From: Octopus vulgaris
Lineage: Eukaryota
Assembly (NCBI GenBank): GCA_951406725.2
Contig: OX597821.1
Location: 45,632,001 to 45,696,000, forward strand
Direction: 5' to 3'
Length of the DNA: 64,000 nucleotides
Under the pieces are notes generated by a model, which was not told where the DNA came from, did not search any database, and saw only the letters and a program-made list of their open reading frames with translations. A program made the translations under genes and the position numbers. Of this stretch, positions 55,270 to 64,000 are shown one piece after another (the first letter of the stretch is position 1; each line of letters opens with the position of its first letter).

Positions 55270-57900
55270 TATCTTGAACCTGCAATACCATTCACTACCC
55301 AGTAGCACTGCCAGGTTAAAGATTTCTGAAGATTATCCATAGGCCCAGGCCCAAAGTCATCCGGATCAGATCACCAGTTGATTCTTGTCCACGCTCTGAG
55401 TCTCGTCCTGAACGTCTTGCACTTCCCTCTATAGACTGCCTTGGGGGCAATTCCGCTCACCGTACGACCCTACCGATATAGGGCTGTGAGCGTTTGACTA
55501 CATTCCTGATGCCAAGCGCTCAGTTTTGGTATTTGCTTGATCCAGGACTACAACTCGGTCAAAGAGGTGAGCTGTAGAAAAGTGAGTCTAACAAGCCTCA
55601 AATTGTGTAGGTCTTTACCTCAATGAGGCCAAAACTGAATACATAAACAAGTGCCTGTCCAACAGTGATTGCATCATCCATACTCTCAACAATGCGCCCT
55701 TAAATATGGTTTCTGATTATAAATATCTTGGGTCATACATATCATCATCTGGAAAAGACTTTCTAACTAGAAAGGGTATGGCCTGGTCAGCCTGTAATGA
55801 CATGCATAAGATCTGGATATCAAATCTAAGTAGAAACTTCAAACTTGAAATCTTCAAAGCCACAGTTGAACCAATTCTACTATATGGCTCAGAAACCTAG
55901 ACGTTATCAAAGAAGCTTGAGAGGCGGTTGGATGGAACCTACACTCGCCTCCTTATGAGAGCTCAAAATCTCTCGTGGAAGCGCCATCCAACCAAAATGC
56001 AAATATATGGGAAACTACCACCTGTGTCATCTCTTGTGAAAGGTAGGAGAGTCCAGTTTGCTGGACATTGTTGTAGAGCTGAAAAAGAAGTAATTTCTCC
56101 TCTTCTCCTCTGGAAGCCATCTACTCGCAATACCAGAGGGCGCACACTCTCCTACCCTGATGTAATCTCCAGGTATACAGGCATCCAGCAACAGGACCTC
56201 CGTAATGCCATGATGGACCGTGAAGTCTGGCGTAGCATGGTAAATTCCATTGTCTCGACCACGGTCGAACAATGATGATTGATGATGATGAGTCTAACAA
56301 ACAGCAACCACACTTGGTCACTGTCATGGAAATACTGGAGATGTCACTACTTGAGCACGACATCAACCATGACATGCTCACGTCAGCGTTGATAACAAAC
56401 GGAACACTTGGCCAGTGAAACGCATGCCTTCCACCGAAAGCGGAAGGGCAGGTGCTCCAGTCCTGTTAGATGTGGACTGGGACAAAGGTGATATGACGGA
56501 GGCGATGTATGCACTCGTTATCAATGCCTTTGATAGACAGCTTTCCTTCGACCAATTTCTGCCAGTTACCTCCCATCTTTTATTCTCTGCTTAGCTATCT
56601 AGAGCAAACCAGACCCAGAGCAATATAATCAGTCCGTCCGTTCAGCGTCCCACCACACTATTGGACAGTATGGATTTGTCTATCCAGGTACTGAGAAGCA
56701 GGCCCACTAATCTTTCTTAGTTGATTTTTGCTACAGTTACTACCTCGGTTTCTCTTAAAGTAGTGCTGATCTCATATATTCCTGGTGTCCGACACTATGA
56801 CAATGACGGTGTCCATGTATGCTAAAATCTTGTGGGATGTTCCCCAACATCTCCAGTATCCGCAACAGCGGCTCAGAATTAGTGCCTAGAGAAGAGACGA
56901 AAGGGGAGATACCTGACAGATTGAGATTATGTCACTGAATGGTTCCGATCGGTGATCATCAACCCGAACCACCGAGCACATGCAGTTGTACATTGCGCCA
57001 ATAAAGCCGCAGAATACAGAACAAAAATCGGCTGCCGTGAGAACAACCGCAAGGTGTTAATAGTTGATCCGATTGAAAGCTTTAGATTGATCTAAAGCCA
57101 TCATCGTCCCGCCTATGCCACGTTCTTTACCCACATTCTGTATATGATGTATCGCATGAGACTAAGGTTGCCGGTGATAGATTTTTTCGGGATGGCATAT
57201 GTATGCGTATCACCAATCAGATTATCAGCGACAAGCAGCAAACTCTTTGCTAACACCTTGATCAGAATTCTTAAAACTGCGTCCAACAGTTATGGGTAGA
57301 AAATTGGGATTCTTCCTTACTGCAGCCAGCAGAAGTAAATATCTGTCAATTCCACAAACAAACTTGGTATATAAATGTAAAGTTCGTATGACAATCCATC
57401 CAAATCGGGCGATTTGCCTCTGCCCTCCATATATCCAGTCACCGCAACCCGTATTTTCGTGTTTGATATAGGTTTTTGGCAACACTCCGCCCCTCTTACT
57501 CGGTGACGCAGCAGGCCGTTGAGGTAGGCACCGAAATCCATCCTGCGTTCCGACCCGCTATCAGTTCCGAACAGATGAACAAAATGCTGCTGAAAAGCTG
57601 TACATATGTGCTTGAGGTCCAGTAACATACGCCCATTATGATTCCCCAAAGACCGAATTGTGGCTTTGTTGCCATGTTGCCACTCGAGTTTACTGACCAG
57701 TTTTAGTCCCCTCATGTATAATATTACACACCTTAGATCTGACAATGCAATCTTCGTGCATTTGCGTTGAAGGCGAATCTCACCGCGAGCATATCACCTG
57801 CAATTCGTTTCCTAAACACTTCTAAGTTTCTAACTGAATCTACCTATATTTTATTTTTCTCTATCACTAAAACCTTACTGAACTTAATTGATTCTATTCA
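55270..57900 (-). mobile_element. Decayed Tx1/L1-clade LINE ORF2
   Basis: KSPDLDGLSYELY, NFLPIT, LDQSKAFNRI, SPLSSLL, AYMDTV and GPMDNLQKSLTWQCY in the expected order. Confidence 0.85.
55595..56288 (+). mobile_element. 5'-truncated RTE-group LINE nested in the Tx1 relic
   Basis: GLYLNEAKTE...YKYLGS...ILLYGSET*...QFAGHC...DREVWR, with a (TGA)n tail. TSD tgagtctaacaa at 55583-55594 and 56289-56300. Confidence 0.93.
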
Positions 57901-58011
57901 CCTTTTTTAGGACAAAACACCAATGTTTTGTATGTATGTATGTATGTTCTGTATGTATGTATGTACGTATGTATGTATGTATGTATGTATGATTGAATGT
58001 ATGTACGCATA

Positions 58012-58725
58012 TCTATATAATAATCCGCTTGTTTGTTTGTTCGCCCGATATACTTTAGTTAATTAAAGGGGTGGAGGTGGAGTAAGTGAGAGGTGTGTGT
58101 GACAGAGAGAGAGAGAGAGAGAGGGGGAGAGACAAACAGAGAGAGAGGTGAGGTGAGGAGTGTGAGTAGAAGAGAAAGAAGTGATGGAGAAATAGGGTAA
58201 GATGTATAATAATACCAAATGCGTCATGTGGTTAGTTGAAAAGAGGCGAAGAGTAGAAAAATAGACAGTGTGAGAAAAGAGGGAGAGAGAAGTGTTAATG
58301 ACGCGCTGTAGGGTGGGGAGGGAAAGGTAAAGAGAAAGAGATATGTTTAGGATATAATATTTAGCAGAGGGTAATGTTCTGGTGGTGAGGTTAAAGAAAG
58401 GCAAGTAAAGAGAGATGGACAGGGGAGGCGGTTACATTAAGAGAGAGAGATACAGAGAAAGATTTAGTGAGAATTGAAGAGAAAGAGAGAAATGTTATAG
58501 ACATGCAGATAGGAATTACATGGTTAAAAAATTTGTTGAGATAGCGAGAATGAGAGGAATATAACGTGCTTAAAATATGATTTATTATTGTCACTGGAAG
58601 TGAAATATTTAGCAAAATAAAATTAAAAATGTAAATCATCCTTTCTTTCTTAAACAGCTTCTTGTTCTTAAATAGCTTCTCGAAAATTCCTTTTCGTTCA
58701 GTCGAATTTCCACGGGTCCCACTAT
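58012..58725 (+). mobile_element. Old non-autonomous Helitron
   Basis: a|TCtatataataat...ttgtttgtttgttc start. Decayed 3' hairpin gtcgaatttccacggg followed by ctat. Confidence 0.55.
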
Positions 58726-59559
58726 TATTGCTATAGCGTATAACAATGTTTTGTTTCATAGCTTAAGTGTACTAATGTACTCTAGAACATATGTATATAT
58801 GCTATATCCACTTGCTGACGAAGATACCCAGAGTTTTTATCCAAGGAACATATTGTATAAGACGTATCGTTTACAATTGTCGTAGCATACAGTATTGGCT
58901 AGTAAATCGATAGGTATGTCCTACTGTACATTATAGCAATGAATCAAAACATTAACACACCAGTACTGCGTGCAGCTGTGTGCGCGTGTGTATGTGTATG
59001 TGCGCGCGCGCGTGTATGTATGTGTGCGCGCGCGTTCTTGCGTACCCGCGCATTAGAGTGTTTGTAAATACATGAGCCATGTAAATACATGAGCCATGAG
59101 AAAGCTCAAATAGCTCATGACATTGAATAATATGGCCTTGATTTCATTGCATCTCTAGAAAAAGAGGGGATGGTGATGGCTGAAGTGCCTTTGTCACATA
59201 TCTGCTGCACATAGGAGCTGATTTGAAGATCAAAAACAATAACAACAACAAGTAATATGTATGTGTTTACACTCGGAGGTGCTTATATTTAGCCCTAGTA
59301 CTTGCTTTCAAAGAGACTTGATCTGGGATCTTTTTAGTCATCAAGGAACACACAAAAACTGACAGGCTTCCTTTTATTTCTTCTCAGTAGTATTGTTTAC
59401 TCATATTGTCAATACATTTCGTTGCATATAAGCATACACACATACTTTTAGAGGCTCATTATCTTGATAGTACCTTTCTTTTTAAGCTACAGTATTGCAA
59501 TAGTTGCTGTCAACACCCGTCTTGAAGAATACATACGCGTGCAACTCATATACACAGAT

Positions 59560-59605
<46 letters not shown>

Positions 59606-59618
59606 TGATAGATAGATT

Positions 59619-59676
<58 letters not shown>

Positions 59677-59678
<2 letters not shown>

Positions 59679-59940
59679 TGTTTCTTTATTAGCCACACAG
59701 GGCTGCACACAGACGGGACAAATTACAAGGTAGAGCTTGTAAAGAGGGGGTTGGTTTTCGATCAAAAGGGATCGTAAATGGAAAGAAAGAGGAGAGCAAA
59801 AAAAAAAAGTGGGAAAAATAAAAGAAAAAAGAAAAATCGATCAATAGGGATCGTTATCACAGAAATGTCAATATAAAGTGTAAAGGGGAAGACAGGTGAG
59901 GTTTACCCGTGGAAAGAAAAGCCTACGGAAAAGACTACAG
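59677..59940 (-). mobile_element. Retroelement 3' end inserted in (TAGA)n
   Basis: Ends tttgtcccgtctgtgtgcagccctgtgtggctaataaagaaacata. TAGA tracts on both sides. Confidence 0.75.
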
Positions 59941-59964
59941 ACAGATAGGCAGATAGATGGATAA

Positions 59965-60028
<64 letters not shown>

Positions 60029-60219
60029 ATAAATTTTAGACTGACAGGTATTTATATGTCAATGTATGTATTGCACTAGCCATGTAGTGGGCCTGCACTG
60101 CTTTCTACCATTGTAGATCTAATCTAACAGTAGTTCTGCCATGTGTTAATCTATTATTGTATATGTGCACTTTGTGTATAAATATGTGTCAATTTATGCG
60201 TGTTTATGTGGCTTCTATA

Positions 60220-60220
<1 letters not shown>

Positions 60221-60279
<59 letters not shown>

Positions 60280-60280
60280 G

Positions 60281-60327
<47 letters not shown>

Positions 60328-60330
60328 ACT
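60221..60330. repeat. (CTA)n(CTG)n compound trinucleotide repeat
   Basis: Direct reading. Confidence 0.95.
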
Positions 60331-61022
60331 AGTTATTTTCCTCATAACGCCTTCTGTTGAGTGACTCTTCAAGCGACACCTGTTTGCAGTTGTAAACTTT
60401 TCGTACTGCAGAATCTTTTAAACTCATTGTCAACGTTCCAAGTTGTCTTACTGACGTAATAACGTCAATTGATTTAATAGTTTTGTGTGTGTGTGTGTGT
60501 GTGTGTTTTATTCACTCATAAGTCAAACACAAATGATTCTCTTTTGCATTGATATCCTTTTTTTCTTGTACATTTAGTCCTCAGCTCATACTCTAAACCT
60601 CATCCTATATATAAGAGAACACTTGTTTATTTCTCCGCACACTATTTGAAGAAAATAAGTTTTTACAAGTGTGCAATTGCTTCTAAAATTAGTGTTTTTA
60701 CCAGGAGACAAGAGTTATATCGTAATTTACAGTGCTAAAGGCATCTTTCTCTAGTTTGACCTACATTTCTTTTGTCCTAATCATATACATTCAATCCAAC
60801 ATACATGCTTATATTTTGCAACCAGTTTCACTTGTTATTTTGTTAATTTACATTCGTTTATATAGCTACAGCTCTGTTGTGCGATAATGTCAAATGGTTC
60901 ATCCGGGACAACAACGATAAAATGTAATACTTTTTCTAAATTAATCATTTTAAAATTAAGATTTGGTTTTAGTATCAAATTTATGTTCATGTTAGTATTT
61001 CATGGTATACATATGCACGTAC

Positions 61023-61087
<65 letters not shown>

Positions 61088-61088
<1 letters not shown>

Positions 61089-61184
61089 TTCTTTCTATCC
61101 CTTTTTTTCTCCCTAAAAAGAAAAACTCTACTTTGTAATTTGTCCCCTCTGTGTTCAGCCCTGTGTGGCTAATAAAGAAACATA
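61088..61184 (+). mobile_element. Second copy of the same retroelement 3' end, between (TCTA)n and (TC)n
   Basis: ctctactttgtaatttgtcccctctgtgttcagccctgtgtggctaataaagaaacata. Confidence 0.75.
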
Positions 61185-61190
61185 TTTCTC

Positions 61191-61283
<93 letters not shown>

Positions 61284-61408
61284 AATTTATCTATCTATCT
61301 GTCTGTCTGTCAGCCTGTCTGTCTGTCTGTCTTGTGTTTGCTTTAAAAACTATTTATCTAGTTCGTTAGATAGATTAGATAAGTAGATACTTAGACACAT
61401 TCCTACTT

Positions 61409-61473
<65 letters not shown>

Positions 61474-61503
61474 ATATCTATCGATCTATATATCTATCTG
61501 TCC

Positions 61504-61585
<82 letters not shown>

Positions 61586-61954
61586 ATATATATATGTATA
61601 TATATCTATGTACCTATCTATTTATCTGTCTGTTAGTCTGTCTATCTGTCTATTAATCGATCTTTCAAACTACTTACCTAGCTACATACTCACCTATTTA
61701 TCTAATCATTTTCATCCCTTCTACGTACCTACCAACATGCATTCATGCATACATGTTCGCCTACCTGATCATAAGCCTATCTACTTATCAGTGTTCCTAC
61801 CTGGCTACATCCACCTATCTACCTTTCTGCCAAGCTACGTAACATACGTACCTATCTTCCTGCTTACTGATCATCCTACAGACATGCATGCACTCATACA
61901 TACATACATACATACATACATACATACATACATACATACATACATACATACATA

Positions 61955-62475
61955 CGAAGCGATTCGATGATTTGGTATGCAGAACCATGATTAATTTGCA
62001 AAGAACATGCCACCTCGTAGATGGTCACTCGTCAGTTTGTCAGAGCCGTTTTTTGAGCTTGTTGGATCTTCTCGTCAGTGGTAGAGGTTGTTGGGCGTCC
62101 TGCTCTCTCTTCGTGTTACACGCTAGTCGAGCCATATTAAAACTTCTCGTTCCACTCATACACACTTCTATGCGATAAAGTGTTGTCCTCGTATTGTACT
62201 GAAAGCTTACGATGAATTTCAACCCTTGATTACTCCTTAAGACTAGAGAAATGGGATCACTGATCTCTGTTCTTCCTTGGTGCATACTGCCAGCGGATCG
62301 GCCATCTTTACTCGGTAACACAAGAAACACAAGAAAGAAAACTGGAGCGGTCAAGGTCAAACCTTGGTTAGGTAACCACAAGAGCATCACTTTTTAGCGC
62401 GCGAGTACTGAAGAAAGTGCAGTCATCCTACAGAAAGGTTTGGTCAAAGTGCGGATAACTCTTGACTTCCCCTAG
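61955..62475 (-). mobile_element. Mariner 5' half
   Basis: MADPLAVCTKEEQRSVI...VYEWNEKF...EERAGRPTTSTTDEKIQQA...VTIYEVACSLQINHGSAYQII. Terminus ta|ctaggggaagtcaag. Confidence 0.88.
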
Positions 62476-62497
62476 TAGATAGATAAAAAGATAGATT

Positions 62498-62564
<67 letters not shown>

Positions 62565-62639
62565 CTGGGTAATTGAAAAGTCCATTTAGTAGGTACTTTC
62601 ATATTATATGATTCATTTATGAACAAATGCACTAATAAA

Positions 62640-63400
62640 AAAATGGTATATTTTTGAATAAGCAGTTCATGATATTTTGTTTAGTATAGAATTCAGAATG
62701 CCTGTTATGGTGCTCAGTAGTAGATAGGCTTGGTATAGTTTTTCAACTGCTAAATTCGACTCTACCAAGAACGTTGTACTTTGAATTTTCATAATTTCTC
62801 GGATCCTTCGCTTTAATTGGACAGTGTCTGTGGCTGGAATTTTATCAAAAAAAGTCATTCAAAAATGAATGATCAGGGCTTGTAGTGACCAAAAATTCTG
62901 TCCATCTCTACTTCGACGATGTCTTGGATATAATGTATCAATGAGTTGCTGTGCATTCAAACTAGTATGTGGAGGTGCACTGTCTTGTAGAATATAGTAC
63001 TTAGAATATTCTTATCCTTGTCATGTTTGGTAACAAAACACTTTTCAGGAACTTCAAGAAGATGTCCTTTGTTATAATGACGGCAAAAGAATACGTACCA
63101 AAAATTGCGAGTGTAGCCGATTCAAACTTTAACTTACGGTAATTGAAAGACATATCAAGTTTTTCGTAAGGGTTTTCATTATTCCATACTCGACATTTAA
63201 ACTAACTGAGAGTGCCCCGAATTTGAACAAACCTTTGATTGTTAAATAAAATTTTCTAAGGTACTATATAGTATGCTGCAACATATCCCACTGAGCTACT
63301 GAAGAGTTCACACATCACCAGTCTTTTACATTTATCATCGTCACATAAAAAATATTTAACGCCACTAGATTTTAGAATTTCAGGAAAGAAGGAGTATCTT
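62640..63400 (-). mobile_element. Highly decayed Tc1/mariner (DD41D-like) catalytic region
   Basis: KILFNNQ...CRVWNNENP...LQDSAPPH...W...PD...DFF...LKRRIRE. Confidence 0.65.
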
Positions 63401-63799
63401 TATAGCTTACCATCTCGAACTACATAGATTTTATTCAAAATGAATAGTAACAGATAGATGTATTTTACTGAAATTGTTTGACCTTCCAAACGTTGGTAGA
63501 TTTTTCAACTGAGTATGCCGATTATATCGGCTTTACATAGCGAATGGGGACATGGTTAGCAGGGTTCCGATATATTTCTGGTTTCCTCATCATTTTGACT
63601 TGTACAATTGATTAGCTATATTGTGCCGTTTTTAGCACTGTGAACATTCTCTCATCATTTGACGATAAAATGCTTCCAGTACACACACACACACACACAC
63701 TCACACACACACACGCACGCACGCACGCATGTACGCACGCATACACGCACGCGCACACACACAGAGACACACACACACACACATACATATGTATTCTTC

Positions 63800-64000
63800 T
63801 ATTCTTTTACTTGTTCCAGTCATTAGACTGCAACCATGCAGGGGCATCGCTTGAAGAATTTTAATCGAATGAATCGCCTCTCGTACATTTATTATTTTTT
63901 AACGCCTAGTACTTATTCTATCGGTAAACATACTAACACCGATTGTTGAGTGGTGGTGGTGGGGGTAAAATCACAAACAGACAGACAGAGACACACACAT
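63800..64000 (-). mobile_element. SINE family C tail
   Basis: ttacttgttccagtcatt...cctagtacttattctatcgg...acaccgattg. Confidence 0.75.

Noticed and set aside
58815-58886. CUGACGA-A-GAUAC...GUAUC hammerhead candidate
   Set aside because: GAAA is replaced by GUUU and stem I is unclear.

Overview
This is AT-rich eukaryotic (animal) DNA dominated by transposon relics and microsatellites. The SINE families and the very high (TA)/(CA)/(TAGA)/(TACA) density suggest an octopus or other coleoid cephalopod (inference). Nearly all ORFs in the supplied track are microsatellite translations or decayed transposon fragments. Recognisable elements include Penelope-like (RT and GIY-YIG) fragments, RTE, Tx1/L1, R4/Dong-like and CR1-like LINE relics, mariner and DUF4817-type Tc1/mariner relics, a decayed Rep-helicase Helitron, three non-autonomous Helitrons, foldback elements and several tRNA-derived SINE families. 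The most unusual signal is at 7.4-13.6 kb: four same-strand diverged copies of a cassette (E-box, CCAAT and GTCGTCTGC at invariant spacing, then a non-coding segment ending at a splice-donor position). This looks like a tandem array of alternative promoters and first exons. One plausible + strand coding exon with a transmembrane helix lies at 48218-48339. Candidate self-cleaving ribozymes (minimal hammerheads and an HDV-like fold) sit inside the repeats. All assignments come from manual motif reading with no database search, and boundaries of old repeats are approximate.
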